Shown here piece after piece: positions 9,386 through 19,985 of a DNA stretch of 64,000 nt. Positions within the stretch are counted from its first letter, which is position 1. Each line of letters begins with the position of its first letter. Position numbers and translations under genes: made by a program. Source of the stretch: Thermofilaceae archaeon (GTDB lineage Archaea > Thermoproteota > Thermoprotei > Thermofilales > Thermofilaceae); NCBI GenBank assembly GCA_038861545.1, contig JAWCCZ010000001.1, forward strand, positions 160,001 to 224,000, read 5' to 3'. A model generated the notes under the pieces. It did no database searches. It worked only from the letters and a program-made list of their open reading frames with translations, and was not told the origin of the DNA.

Positions 9386-10369
9386 ATGGATGAACGCGAA
9401 CTAATTGAAAGAGTGTGGAAATTCCTTAGGCGCGATCCCTACGAGTTACTCGGCTTTGATGATGCTCAGGCAGCTGAGTTGAAGGGTAAAATCGTAGCAA
9501 ACTTGGATGTATTTGATGAGGTTACTGACTGGCTGCCGGGGATGACTCTCTGCGACGTAGGTTGGAAGTCGGTTGTAATGGGTGTAAGCGATGTCCTAGT
9601 GAAGGGGGCCAAGCCGCTAGGGGTTATGCTTGGTTTAGGCTTACCGGAAGAACTACTGGACTTCGTTGATGATCTTCTTATAGGTATCCGGGAGGCATGC
9701 GATGATCTAAGTATTCATTTATGGGGTGGTGACACGGGGGCATCTGACCACCTTTACATAGCGGTAGTCGCTATAGGGGTTGCCGATAAACTTGTAGCTA
9801 GGCGAGGCGCTAAACCTGGTGATCTGTTAATGGTTGCGTCAACTGGAGATGGGATAGAAACGCCAGTTGCATACCAAGTGTTGCTTAAAGGCGCGCCGCT
9901 CTGTAGTAAAGCCCATGAAGCTATTAGGAAGGCTTTCAGGCCCAGATTAGTTAAGGCCGAATTCTGGCTAGGGATCGCGGACTATGTTACAGCTTCGATT
10001 GACGATAGTGACGGTTTCGCCTTATCGCTCCATCAGTTAGCCGAGTCCAGTGGTGTAAAACTTGTTTTAGATCGGGTTCCTATAAGCTTCGCACTAGCAG
10101 AGTGTGCTGAGGCTTGGGGGATAAACCCAGTAGAAATGGCTCTTTACGCCGGGGGCGAAGAGTATTCTTTTATATTCACAACGCCCCGCGAGAAAGAAGA
10201 GGAAATCATAGAAAAAGCTAGGAAGCATAACGTACAAGTTTGGAAAATAGGTAGAGTTGAGAAAGGTACTGGAGTCTACTTAAGGGATTACGGCGAGGTT
10301 GAGAGACGTGGCTGGGTCCATTTTGCTACTGATCAATGGTCGGCAACTTCGAGACTACATGTAAGGTAA
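9386..10369 (+). CDS. thiL: Thiamine-monophosphate kinase
   Basis: GFDDA, SDVLVKGAKP, GGDT, IDDSDG and GGEEY motifs. Confidence 0.9.
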   Translation: MDERELIERVWKFLRRDPYELLGFDDAQAAELKGKIVANLDVFDEVTDWLPGMTLCDVGWKSVVMGVSDVLVKGAKPLGVMLGLGLPEELLDFVDDLLIGIREACDDLSIHLWGGDTGASDHLYIAVVAIGVADKLVARRGAKPGDLLMVASTGDGIETPVAYQVLLKGAPLCSKAHEAIRKAFRPRLVKAEFWLGIADYVTASIDDSDGFALSLHQLAESSGVKLVLDRVPISFALAECAEAWGINPVEMALYAGGEEYSFIFTTPREKEEEIIEKARKHNVQVWKIGRVEKGTGVYLRDYGEVERRGWVHFATDQWSATSRLHVR

Positions 10370-10570
10370 AAAGCTAGCTTATATTACTCTAACTCTTGGT
10401 TTTCACCAATGCCGGTTTACCGTTTGTCTACGTCATTATTCTTTCAGTAGTTTTCTAAATTATGCCACAGGGATCTCATCTCAAGCTTTGAAAGAGTATT
10501 TCAACTTTCACTAAGCGTTTAGGGGCTTAGCGTTTCGTTTTTAACATATTCTGCACCCGGTTAACGTGAG

Positions 10571-12280
10571 ATGCGATCATTGATTATCGATGGGTACACA
10601 GATGAACCGGCAGGGCTTGGTGTTCCGCCATACATGGATGTATATCCAAGGTACATCACCGGTGCTATTTGGAGTGCAGATAGCGGAGCTGAAATCCGGT
10701 ATGTGACGGTTGACTATGCTAGGCAGAACCTCGACTTAGTGCTTAAGTATGCTGCAAGCTGTGACCTAGTGGTCTTCGTAGCTGGCATTATTGTGCCTGG
10801 AAAGTACCTTGGAGGAGAACCCATTAAACTCGAGGAGTTAGTTCGATGGGTATCGCTCATTGAGGGAGGTTTAAAGGTTCTCGGGGGACCGGTAGCAAGG
10901 TTCGGATACGGGGTAGCCGGCGGAAGGCCAGCAGTACCTCCTGAATACTTTGAAAACTATTTCGACTTAGTTGCGAAAGGAGACGTCGAAATAATAATTT
11001 ATAATTTAATTAAGGAGAAACTTAGAGTTGAAGCCGTCGATCCAACTGAAACTAGAGATGGGTATGAGTTAATTAATAAGTTTGCAGTTAAAGGGTCCAG
11101 AATAGTAGAGCAACATCCTAACTGGGGTTGGAACCTTATCGCTGAAATTGAGACATACCGGGGCTGTCCACGTTGGGTTACTGGGGGTTGTAGCTTTTGC
11201 ATCGAACCACGCTACGGTGCTGTAGTTTTTAGGGATGCGAAATCGATAGCGAGTGAGGTGGAAGCTTTGCATAGGTGTGGAGTAAAACACTTTAGGCTTG
11301 GCAGGCAACCGGATATACTAGCCTACATGGCAAAGGGTGTAAATGAAGTAGAGTTCCCTAAACCTAACCCGGAAAAGATCGAAGAGCTGTTTAAGAGTGT
11401 GAGAGCGGCCGCACCCGAGCTAAAAGTGCTTCATATCGACAACGTTAATCCTGGTACAATTGCACATCACGAAAAAGATGCGAAGGAAGCCCTGAAGATT
11501 ATCGTTCAGTACCATACGCCGGGTGATGTGGCGGCGCTAGGTATTGAAAGTGCTGATCCCAGAGTAGTTAAAGCTAACAACTTGAAAGCAAACCCAGAGG
11601 ACTCTTTCAATGCAATTAAGGTAGTGAATGAAGTAGGTGTGGTAAGGGGTTGGAACGGAATGCCCGAGCTTCTTCCAGGGATTAATTTCGTACTTGGCTT
11701 GAAAGGTGAAACCAAAGATACTTTTCGGCTTAACATGGAGTTCCTGCGATCAATATTAAAAGAGAAGTTAATGGTACGGCGGATTAACATTCGTCAGGTG
11801 CTTGCTCTGCCTGGCACAAGTATGTGGTCTATAGGCGACCGCATCGTAAAGGCTCACAGAAAGTATTTTCGGGAGTTTAAGATGAGAGTGCGAGTAGAGT
11901 TCGATAAGCCTATGCTGAGGCTCATAACGCCCCGTGGAATTATACTGAAAGCTCTGTTCGTAGAAGCTCACGAAGGTAAGTACAGTCTCGCGAGGCAAGT
12001 AGGCTCATACCCCTTGTTAGTCTATGTAACTGAAAATCTAGGAATAGGGACAAAGCTTGACGTAGTAGCGGTGGAGCATGGGTATAGGTCAGTGAAAGGT
12101 ATCCCATACCCTCTCGATGTTAATACAGCTTCGCGCGATTCGCTTACATTGGTTCCTGGGTTAAGTAGACGCAGCGCTGTTAAGATCTTATCGAAGAGGC
12201 CATTTCGAGATTCCGTGGAACTTAAAGAAATCGCGGGAGTTGAGGCACTGAAGTACCTTAGCGTTAACTTGAGAGGGTAA
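10571..12280 (+). CDS. Radical SAM protein with C-terminal helix-hairpin-helix
   Basis: DGYTDEPAGLGVPPY, ETYRGC...GCSFC, C-terminal DVNTAS...LVPGL. Confidence 0.85.
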   Translation: MRSLIIDGYTDEPAGLGVPPYMDVYPRYITGAIWSADSGAEIRYVTVDYARQNLDLVLKYAASCDLVVFVAGIIVPGKYLGGEPIKLEELVRWVSLIEGGLKVLGGPVARFGYGVAGGRPAVPPEYFENYFDLVAKGDVEIIIYNLIKEKLRVEAVDPTETRDGYELINKFAVKGSRIVEQHPNWGWNLIAEIETYRGCPRWVTGGCSFCIEPRYGAVVFRDAKSIASEVEALHRCGVKHFRLGRQPDILAYMAKGVNEVEFPKPNPEKIEELFKSVRAAAPELKVLHIDNVNPGTIAHHEKDAKEALKIIVQYHTPGDVAALGIESADPRVVKANNLKANPEDSFNAIKVVNEVGVVRGWNGMPELLPGINFVLGLKGETKDTFRLNMEFLRSILKEKLMVRRINIRQVLALPGTSMWSIGDRIVKAHRKYFREFKMRVRVEFDKPMLRLITPRGIILKALFVEAHEGKYSLARQVGSYPLLVYVTENLGIGTKLDVVAVEHGYRSVKGIPYPLDVNTASRDSLTLVPGLSRRSAVKILSKRPFRDSVELKEIAGVEALKYLSVNLRG

Positions 12281-14051
12281 ACTCCAGCTGCTTGAGTTCC
12301 TCACTAATCTTAGCCCTATACAATTCAACAGCTTCACTCATGAATTCTGGTAGGAGCTTACCATGCGGGGTTGGGGTTTCGAAAATCCTTTTCGGGAATC
12401 TTAGCCTTGAGAAATCGAAGCCCTCGTCAAGCTTGTATTTGAGTTTTAAGAGATGAATCTTCTTGCCGATGTCCTTTAAATCGTTCTCGTCAATTTCCCA
12501 TTTTAGTGGTTTGAAAGCTTCCACTGTTACCTGTGGCGTGTAGACACCTCGGGCGAAAAGGCATAAAACTAAGCTAGTGAGTATTTGTCTCCATCGTTCC
12601 TCTTGGATTAAATAATCGACTACTTCCTCAACATTTACTTCCTTTCCAACCATTTTTTGATCGTAACTGTAACCCGCAGAGTCAAGGTGACTGTGCCTTG
12701 CTCCTAATGCATAACCAAGGTGAGCTCCAGGACCCGTATGATACCCAGGCATCTCGTTTCCCCCAAACGTTAAGGCAAAATTTTCGCCTCCGTAAACCTT
12801 AGCTGCGTGCTCAGTCCCTTTGGCTAGAACTGAATAAAAATCGTTCGGCTGCTCAACTATAAGTTCGATAGCTTTCAAGTAACTAACGTGATCCCCCCAC
12901 GATGGTCTAATCCCCATCGTTTCATTTTCCGAAATCATTCCTCTTTCAAAAGCTTCTGTCATCCAGGCTAGTGCAACTCCAGTGCTCATCGCGTCGAGAC
13001 CGTATACTTCGACCGCGTCTAACAGTTTAAGCAGGTGCGCCCCGTATTTCACACCGAGCATTGTACCTAGAGCATATATCGGCTCATAGTCGTAAGAGAC
13101 AAAGGTAGTCTTGTAGAAGTATGCCTCCGTCTCATACGGTTCTCTCAATACCCCTAAGTGTATGCAAGCTACCGGGCAGTGAGCACACGATACCCTCCTC
13201 CCTAAGTATGTTTCTGCAAGCTTCTCGCCTGAAAGCTCCGAGGCATACTCGAATCGAGTTTTCTGGAGGTTCATCGTAGGTAAGGCGCCGAGCTCGTTCA
13301 GTGGAAGTACGTTTTCGGCTGTACCTAATTCATGGTATTTTTTAGTGGCATGTGTCCCCATGATTATATCGCATATTCTATCGTATATTTTTCTGAAAGA
13401 CGCTTTATCAGCGATAGGTATGCTCCCTTTACCTGATACTACTAACGCTTTTAGCTTTTTACTGCCGAATACCGCCCCTAATCCGAGTCTCCCGAAATGT
13501 CGGAATGTATCGACGACCACGCACGCATATCTTACCATCTTCTCTCCTGCACGACCTATTCGCATGATTGTTCTAAAACCGTAACCAGTTTCAAGTTCTC
13601 TCAATACGCGTCCTACAGTATGCGTGCTCCTAACTCCCCAAAGCGCTCTAGCGTCGTGGAAAATTACTTTATTGCCATGCACTGAGACCCAGATTGGAAT
13701 CTCGCTGGCACCCTTAATCACTATCGCGCCATAACCTGCAAGCCTAATCGCTACCGAGCTCCTACCTCCCGCGTGGCTTTCACCTAGGTTGCCCGTAAGT
13801 GGGCTTTTAAACATTGCAACGGTCTTACTAGCCATCGGGTACACGCCATTGAATGGACCAGTAGCTATTATGATGGCGTTTTCGGGACTAAGTGGGTCCG
13901 CACCGCGCGGTACCTCTTCTCTCAACAACTTAATTGCTGCACCTGTGCCGCCAATGTACTCTCTAAATACTTCACTACGGTCTTCGATCCAATACTTTTT
14001 TATAGATAAATCCAAGTAAAGGACTCGGGATAACGGATCTTTATTATACAC
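12264..14051 (-). CDS. aor: Aldehyde:ferredoxin oxidoreductase (tungsten family)
   Basis: KSPLTG..GESHAGG, GRLGLGAVFGSKKLKA, CAHCPVAC and YGLDAMSTG motifs. Confidence 0.9.
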   Translation of the reverse strand: MYNKDPLSRVLYLDLSIKKYWIEDRSEVFREYIGGTGAAIKLLREEVPRGADPLSPENAIIIATGPFNGVYPMASKTVAMFKSPLTGNLGESHAGGRSSVAIRLAGYGAIVIKGASEIPIWVSVHGNKVIFHDARALWGVRSTHTVGRVLRELETGYGFRTIMRIGRAGEKMVRYACVVVDTFRHFGRLGLGAVFGSKKLKALVVSGKGSIPIADKASFRKIYDRICDIIMGTHATKKYHELGTAENVLPLNELGALPTMNLQKTRFEYASELSGEKLAETYLGRRVSCAHCPVACIHLGVLREPYETEAYFYKTTFVSYDYEPIYALGTMLGVKYGAHLLKLLDAVEVYGLDAMSTGVALAWMTEAFERGMISENETMGIRPSWGDHVSYLKAIELIVEQPNDFYSVLAKGTEHAAKVYGGENFALTFGGNEMPGYHTGPGAHLGYALGARHSHLDSAGYSYDQKMVGKEVNVEEVVDYLIQEERWRQILTSLVLCLFARGVYTPQVTVEAFKPLKWEIDENDLKDIGKKIHLLKLKYKLDEGFDFSRLRFPKRIFETPTPHGKLLPEFMSEAVELYRAKISEELKQLEFTLSS

Positions 14052-14457
14052 TCGGTATCACCTCTTCCAACTTAATGACCTCGTACGGGCAGTATCGGGT
14101 GCAATATCCACAGTGGGCGCAGACTACGGGTTTGCTTGCTTCCTCATCCCACATAATGGCTCCATAAGGGCATGCTCTAACGCAGTTACCGCAGCCAATA
14201 CATTTTGCTAAGTTAATACTCACTCCACCCCCCTCCCTTTGCTTAAGGGCAGTAGTTGGACATACATATGCACAAGGGGGGTCCGAACATGCTCTGCAAA
14301 CGATTACCCTAAACCCCCTTTCTATACCGCCAATGCTCGCAACTTTAATCGCTGATTTCGAGACGCCCCCGTCCCCAAAGCGGCGTGAGCAAGCGAATAC
14401 GCACATCATACATCCGACACATAGGTCCACATCAACCACTGAAAGCCGTTTAACCAT
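14044..14457 (-). CDS. 4Fe-4S dicluster protein, AOR partner
   Basis: Four ferredoxin-type Cys motifs; overlaps the aor start. Confidence 0.9.
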   Translation of the reverse strand: MVKRLSVVDVDLCVGCMMCVFACSRRFGDGGVSKSAIKVASIGGIERGFRVIVCRACSDPPCAYVCPTTALKQREGGGVSINLAKCIGCGNCVRACPYGAIMWDEEASKPVVCAHCGYCTRYCPYEVIKLEEVIPSV

Positions 14458-14554
14458 ATGGACACCTAGGAACTTAGGGAAAACGTATGTAATAAAACGT
14501 TACCTTAGGAAAATTATTAATGATAAATCAAATACTTCAACCTGGCTTATGAAA

Positions 14555-15100
14555 TCACCTTAACCCAGGCAACACTTCCCATCTCTCCAGAACAAGAGCC
14601 GCGAAATAACCCCCAATCACTATAGCTAAAAGGTAGTTAACCGTGGATATGATGATTGAAGCAAGGAAAACAGTTGCGGAAAACATTTCTGATGGAGCGA
14701 ATAAAAGATAGGGTGTATAGCTAAAAATTCCTCCTATTAGGCTAGCCAGTATGCATTCCGGCGCACCAGGCTTCTCAACCTTAAGCAAAGCAAGTTCGAT
14801 GCCAACCCCCAATAAAATATTTCTAGGTAGCCTTAAGCTGAGGTCTCTTGGGTGAAAGAACGCGCCAGTCGCTGCGAGCAGAACTCCCTCTTTAACCCCT
14901 CCACCTCTACCAAGGTATGCTCTAGCTAGCACCGTTACTGTCGCTAGCGGTAGAAGACCTAACCGCGGAGAAAGAGGTAAACCTATAAGTGATGTTACCC
15001 TGTCTACAGTCCGGGTTAGAGGACCGAGGATGTACCCTAAAGCTGTTGGAATAGCTGCAAGAAATGATAACACTGCGATTTCTAAGGTTACCCGTTTCAA
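14555..15100 (-). CDS. Integral membrane protein, ECF S-component-like
   Basis: 181 aa, about five Gly-rich hydrophobic helices. Confidence 0.5.
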   Translation of the reverse strand: MKRVTLEIAVLSFLAAIPTALGYILGPLTRTVDRVTSLIGLPLSPRLGLLPLATVTVLARAYLGRGGGVKEGVLLAATGAFFHPRDLSLRLPRNILLGVGIELALLKVEKPGAPECILASLIGGIFSYTPYLLFAPSEMFSATVFLASIIISTVNYLLAIVIGGYFAALVLERWEVLPGLR

Positions 15101-15906
15101 CTTTTTAGCACCAAGTTAATTGCTACTAAATGGTGAACCCAACTACTCTTGGATTGCCCTCTTACAACCGCACGCAACGGTCCTAACTCTTGCACAAGCT
15201 CTTCGGGAACCAGCAAAACATGTATGTCGGGAATCGCACTAGGGTGCAGGATGCTTCGGTATCCGTCAGAGCCTATCAATTCAATGATCTCCACGCTTGT
15301 CGTTTCAATTCCACATTCAGCTATCAGCTGGGAAAGTGGAGCAGCTACTCCTATTCCCTCTAGACTGACAGCCACATTGTAGAGGTCATCTAGTTCGAAG
15401 ATGGCCACTGGTTCTTCGTTTACAAGTAAAGCCAACCCCCATCGCCTGTTTTCAACGTCCACACGTATCAACATTTTTACCCAGTACTTACTACTTAAAC
15501 CCTTTACAGCCAACCTGAGAGGACCCCAATCCGCCTCCAACCCCTTAGCCAAGATTACGTAAGCGCCAGGCAAGTAAAGGAACGCATAATCTATTGATCG
15601 GGAGTAACCATCGGCTCCCAGGGCGCGTAGCTTGTAAATTAATGTGCTGTTCAAGTCTACTCCGCTCAAGAGGAGTAACTTGTATAGAGGGACGGCGTTG
15701 ACCTTACCTACCCCAGTTAAATCTACTGTTTCTGACACTGATTTAAGTTCATTTAAAGTAAAAACTTTCTGCGTATCGTTTGTAGCAACGATAAGTTTCC
15801 ACTCTCCTTCTTGAGGTAAAGTAATTAAGTAGTACGCAGCTAAAGTAACTACCACAAAGATTATGGTAGTAATAATTACCGAAATTTTTGCATTAAGTTT
15901 GAGCAT
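15097..15906 (-). CDS. Membrane-anchored protein with two molybdopterin-binding oxidoreductase-like domains
   Basis: N-terminal TM helix; duplicated G(A/S)DGY...GPLR...WV motif. Confidence 0.65.
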   Translation of the reverse strand: MLKLNAKISVIITTIIFVVVTLAAYYLITLPQEGEWKLIVATNDTQKVFTLNELKSVSETVDLTGVGKVNAVPLYKLLLLSGVDLNSTLIYKLRALGADGYSRSIDYAFLYLPGAYVILAKGLEADWGPLRLAVKGLSSKYWVKMLIRVDVENRRWGLALLVNEEPVAIFELDDLYNVAVSLEGIGVAAPLSQLIAECGIETTSVEIIELIGSDGYRSILHPSAIPDIHVLLVPEELVQELGPLRAVVRGQSKSSWVHHLVAINLVLKS

Positions 15907-15975
15907 GTGAACGGCTTACTACAGTGGTTAAAAAGATTATAATATACTACAATTTTAAATGCTCGTAGGCGCTCC

Positions 15976-16848
15976 ATGCTGGTGCCCTCAAGGCGCGCTA
16001 AAGGTATGGCTTCACTTGTGGCTTTAACAGCTATCTGGGGGACGACGTTTCCGGCGATAAAAGTAGCGGTCGAAGGAGTAGGTTTCCTCTATTATGTTGC
16101 ATTCCGCTTTACCTTAGCATCGGCTATTTTAGCTCCTCTTGCTTTAAAAAAGTTTGAAAACCTTCGTAAATTCATACGAGAAGGAATGTTAATAGGTTCC
16201 TTATACTTCGGTGGAATTACGCTTCAAGGTTGGGGAATGGAATACACCCGGGCGTCGAACGCTGCTTTTGTTACAGGTCTCAGCGTAGTCTTCGTATATG
16301 CACTGGAAACTGTTCTGGGAAAGGTTAAGCTTAGCCTTCGCCTTACAGAAGCCCTGCTATTAGCGGTTTTCGGCCTCTACATGCTCTCTTTCAGCGAAGG
16401 GATTTACGAGTTAATGTTAGGGGACCTTATAGTACTAGCAGGTTCACTATTCTGGGCTCTTCAGATAATTTCAGTCGATAGGGTTGCTAAAGGGGATCTT
16501 TACTCGTTGCTTTTCCTTGAATGCTTAGTAAACGCCCTATACGCTTCTCTCTTAGCATTTACGCTTAGCGCCTTAAGCGTCGAAAAATTCAGTAATACGC
16601 TAATACCCTTAGCTTACCTAGCTACAGTGTGTACTATCGGCGCGAACGCCTTACAGTTGTACGGTCAGCGCTGGGTAAACAGCATCGATGCAGCTATGGT
16701 CTACCTTCTTGAGCCTGTATTTGCCTCTGTCTTTTCCTACATTTTTCTGGGGGAGCAACTGAGCCCTATGCAATTACTGGGCGCTTCAGCAATACTGACC
16801 TCCATGGCCGTCAGCATGACGCGGCATGAAGGAACGCATCGTGTATGA
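15976..16848 (+). CDS. EamA/DMT transporter
   Basis: IWGTTFPAIK, ASNAAFVTGL and LLEPVFA motifs. Confidence 0.9.
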   Translation: MLVPSRRAKGMASLVALTAIWGTTFPAIKVAVEGVGFLYYVAFRFTLASAILAPLALKKFENLRKFIREGMLIGSLYFGGITLQGWGMEYTRASNAAFVTGLSVVFVYALETVLGKVKLSLRLTEALLLAVFGLYMLSFSEGIYELMLGDLIVLAGSLFWALQIISVDRVAKGDLYSLLFLECLVNALYASLLAFTLSALSVEKFSNTLIPLAYLATVCTIGANALQLYGQRWVNSIDAAMVYLLEPVFASVFSYIFLGEQLSPMQLLGASAILTSMAVSMTRHEGTHRV

Positions 16849-19528
16849 CACTGAACATAGTAATAATAGACCCCATATACAAGCAAGATACATGCACCCC
16901 GATCAGCAAGCAGGTAAATCTTGGGAGGAAATATCAAAGCTTTTATCGGAGAGAGTTGCTAAGATCGCTCCTTACTTTACATACCGAGGACGTAAAACCT
17001 ACGCTATTTCATTCCCACTTGGAGGGATTGGAAGCGGGAGTATCGGGCTCGCCGGTAATGGGCAGTTAATCGACTGGGAAATCTTTAACCGACCGAATAA
17101 AGGCAGTTTAAACGGCTTTACTTTCTTCGCAATTAAAGCAGAGTCTAACGGCGAGGTTTTAGACGCTAGAGTTTTGGTTAGCGATCATCACCCGCCTTAC
17201 ACAGGCGATGGCCGTGTTTTCGGGTTTGGACTACGAAGAGAGCACTTGAGCGGTTTACCACACTTTAAGGATTCAGAGTTTGAGGGGATGTATCCTATTG
17301 CTAAGATCTATTTCATTGATGAAAGCTTTCCTGGAAACGTTCGAATCACGGCATTTAACCCCTTTATCCCATTAGAGGTGGATGATTCAAGTCTTCCAGC
17401 GGCATTTTTCGAGATTGAAGTCGAGAACACAAAAGATTATCCAATTGAGTACACTATCTGTTTAACAGCTCAAAATCCCTCGCCACCCGGTAGAACGGTA
17501 AATGAGTACCGCGAGATAAAAGGTGTTAAGGTCTTATTGCTACATCCTCAAGGCGTGGATGAGAATAGTCCCGAGTATGGCATGCTAGCGATAGCGACGG
17601 ATGCCGTTGAGACCAGCTACCAAGAGTACTGGTTTAGAGGGTCTTGGTTTGACGACCTTCAGGTTTTCTGGAAGGATTTCACAGCAGTCGGTGGTCTGCA
17701 AAACCGGCGTTATCCGGGACCTCAAGTAGGGGTGAGGGATCACGCCTCTATTGCAGCCCGTTTAAAAGTGGAACCAAAGCAGGTTGCTAAAGTCAGGTTC
17801 CTAATAGCATGGTTTTACCCTAACTGTCGCAATTATTGGAACCCTGAATTCGATAAACCAAAAACATGGAGGAACTACTACGCTGTTCTATTCCCCAGTA
17901 TAGTTGAAGTAGTGACTTACTGCTTTGAAAACTGGGAGCACCTCTACAGCGAAACACGTGAGTTTAGGAATTGTCTCTTCGCCTCTACTCTTCCTGTCCA
18001 TGTAATTGACGCCGTCTCAGCTAACCTTTCAATTCTCAAGTCACCTACAGTAATGAGGCTTGATGACGGTTCGCTTTACGGTTTCGAGGGCTGCGGAGTT
18101 GATGCAGGATGTTGTGAAGGCAGCTGTGCTCACGTGTGGAGATATGCCGTAGCGCAGATACACCTTTTCCCTCGTCTTGACCGCACAATGTGGGATTTAC
18201 ACCTAAGGTACGGCGTGCAGTCAAACGGGAAAATGAACTTTCGGCTGATGCTCCCCCTAGGTAGGGAGTGGCCTTTCCCGCATGCAGCTGTAGATGGTCA
18301 GTATGGTTGTCTGCTTAGAGCTTACGCGTTTTGGAAGTTTACTGGTGAAAAAGAGTGGTTGAAAGAACACTGGAATCAACTTAAGCGTATGATCGAGTAC
18401 GCGTGGTCCGATGCTAACGATGATGCCTGGGACCGCGATCGAGATGGTGTTCTTGAAGGTCGGCAGCACAACACTTTCGACGTTGAGTTATTCGGACCCA
18501 ATGCATGGCTAACAGGTTTCTACCTTGCAGCTCTCAAAGTCGCAGCAGAGATTGCCGAGCACCTAGATGACGGGGAAGCTGCTAGAGAGTATGTACAGTT
18601 GCTAAGGAAAGGTAAAGCTTGGGTTGAAAATAACCTGTTCAATGGAGAATACTTTATCCAAATGGTTAACCTAAAGGATAGAGGGGTACTTGAAACGTAT
18701 ATAAAATCAGACCCAGATGTTTTGAAGGGATACTGGGATGAAGAGCATAGTGAGGTAAAGTACCAGCTCGGCGAGGGATGTTTCATAAGCCAAGTCGAGG
18801 CCCAATTCTATGCAAATCTCTTCGGTTTAGGCGAAGTTTTTGATAGAAATAAAGTAAGAGCAGCTCTAAACTCTATATATAGGTACAACTTCAAAAGCGC
18901 CCGCGGGCACTTCAACCCATGTAGAATCTACATGCTTAACGATGAAAAAGGGGTTCTCAATTGTTCTTGGCCTAAAGGCAAGGTTAAACCGACAATACCA
19001 ATTCCGTACGCTGAAGAGGTCTGGAGTGGAATCGAATACCTGGTTGCTGCCCACATGGTGCAGGAAGGATTAATTGAGGAGGCTTTAGAGATAGTTAAAG
19101 CGGTTAGAGAAAGGTACGATGGCGAGAAGAGGAATCCGTGGAATGAAATTGAGTGCGGCAGCAACTATAGTAGGTCATTGTCCTCTTATGCTCTCTTAAT
19201 AGCTCTAAGCGGTTTCGATTTCGACGCGAGGTCAAAGTCGCTTAGCTTAAATCCAAAAATTTGGGTCAACGGAGAGTTCGCCAGTTTCTGGTGTACGAGT
19301 ACAGCGTGGGGTATGCTTCATGCTTCGCAGGAAGAGTGTACGATAGCTGTAAGGCACGGCAATTTAGAGCTGAGAGCTATACGTCTCCCCTTCCTAGATG
19401 GAAAAGCGAGCCGGAAAGTAGTCGTAGGCGACAACCCCCTAGAGTTCGAAGTGAAGGATGGTGAGTTAATTTTCACGTGCACGGTCGTAGTGAGGGAAGG
19501 AGCAACATTAAGGATATCATCAAGGTAG
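16826..19528 (+). CDS. GH116 glycoside hydrolase
   Basis: PLGGIGSG, FEGC...CCEGSCAHVW, AVDGQYG and NPWNEIECGSNYSR motifs. Confidence 0.9.
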   Translation: MKERIVYDTEHSNNRPHIQARYMHPDQQAGKSWEEISKLLSERVAKIAPYFTYRGRKTYAISFPLGGIGSGSIGLAGNGQLIDWEIFNRPNKGSLNGFTFFAIKAESNGEVLDARVLVSDHHPPYTGDGRVFGFGLRREHLSGLPHFKDSEFEGMYPIAKIYFIDESFPGNVRITAFNPFIPLEVDDSSLPAAFFEIEVENTKDYPIEYTICLTAQNPSPPGRTVNEYREIKGVKVLLLHPQGVDENSPEYGMLAIATDAVETSYQEYWFRGSWFDDLQVFWKDFTAVGGLQNRRYPGPQVGVRDHASIAARLKVEPKQVAKVRFLIAWFYPNCRNYWNPEFDKPKTWRNYYAVLFPSIVEVVTYCFENWEHLYSETREFRNCLFASTLPVHVIDAVSANLSILKSPTVMRLDDGSLYGFEGCGVDAGCCEGSCAHVWRYAVAQIHLFPRLDRTMWDLHLRYGVQSNGKMNFRLMLPLGREWPFPHAAVDGQYGCLLRAYAFWKFTGEKEWLKEHWNQLKRMIEYAWSDANDDAWDRDRDGVLEGRQHNTFDVELFGPNAWLTGFYLAALKVAAEIAEHLDDGEAAREYVQLLRKGKAWVENNLFNGEYFIQMVNLKDRGVLETYIKSDPDVLKGYWDEEHSEVKYQLGEGCFISQVEAQFYANLFGLGEVFDRNKVRAALNSIYRYNFKSARGHFNPCRIYMLNDEKGVLNCSWPKGKVKPTIPIPYAEEVWSGIEYLVAAHMVQEGLIEEALEIVKAVRERYDGEKRNPWNEIECGSNYSRSLSSYALLIALSGFDFDARSKSLSLNPKIWVNGEFASFWCTSTAWGMLHASQEECTIAVRHGNLELRAIRLPFLDGKASRKVVVGDNPLEFEVKDGELIFTCTVVVREGATLRISSR

Positions 19529-19622
19529 AATTCACGCGCCCGCGAGTTTTTTCTAAACTTAATTATTTTGATTTTTGATTCTATACAAGACGGATTAAAC
19601 TGATTTTCGAAGAACTGGCTCA

Positions 19623-19905
19623 ATGCTTATCGAACTTACGGGTAAAATCCGATTACTGTATAAGTGATCCTGTGTTCATTACCCTTTGAGAGCGAGGCTC
19701 GGAGATGGGACAGGGAAGTATACTTCGAAACACCGATGTCAGTCGAAGAAGGGCATTTACCTCTTTTTTGGGCCGACGCCAGTAAGTAAGCTAGGCTAAG
19801 TGAGGCCAGCTAATCCAGTAAACGTAGTTGGTAAAGTCATCGGAGAACTGGATGTGCTAAAGGAAGTTAAAGACAGGAGAGAAGGTAAGGCTAGAGATTC
19901 TTTAA
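19623..19905 (+). pseudogene. Cyclophilin-like fold (DUF369/TM1367 type) remnant
   Basis: Fragments LPFESEARRWDREVYFETP, LFFGPTPVSK and RPANPVNVVGKV...EVKD, with frameshifts and an in-frame stop. Confidence 0.75.
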
Positions 19906-19985
19906 ACTAATTCGCTGAGGTCAGCGAGTGTGCAAAGTATCTAAAGATCAAAATATAAGTGTAATAACTAAAGGTATCTTCTAGC

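Noticed and set aside
10370-10570. 200-bp gap after thiL, possible small gene remnant or RNA
   Set aside because: No convincing reading frame, boxes or stem found
14464-14513. Repeated (C)TTAGG(G)AAAA-like words upstream of the ferredoxin-aor genes
   Set aside because: Too short and irregular to call an operator without comparative data
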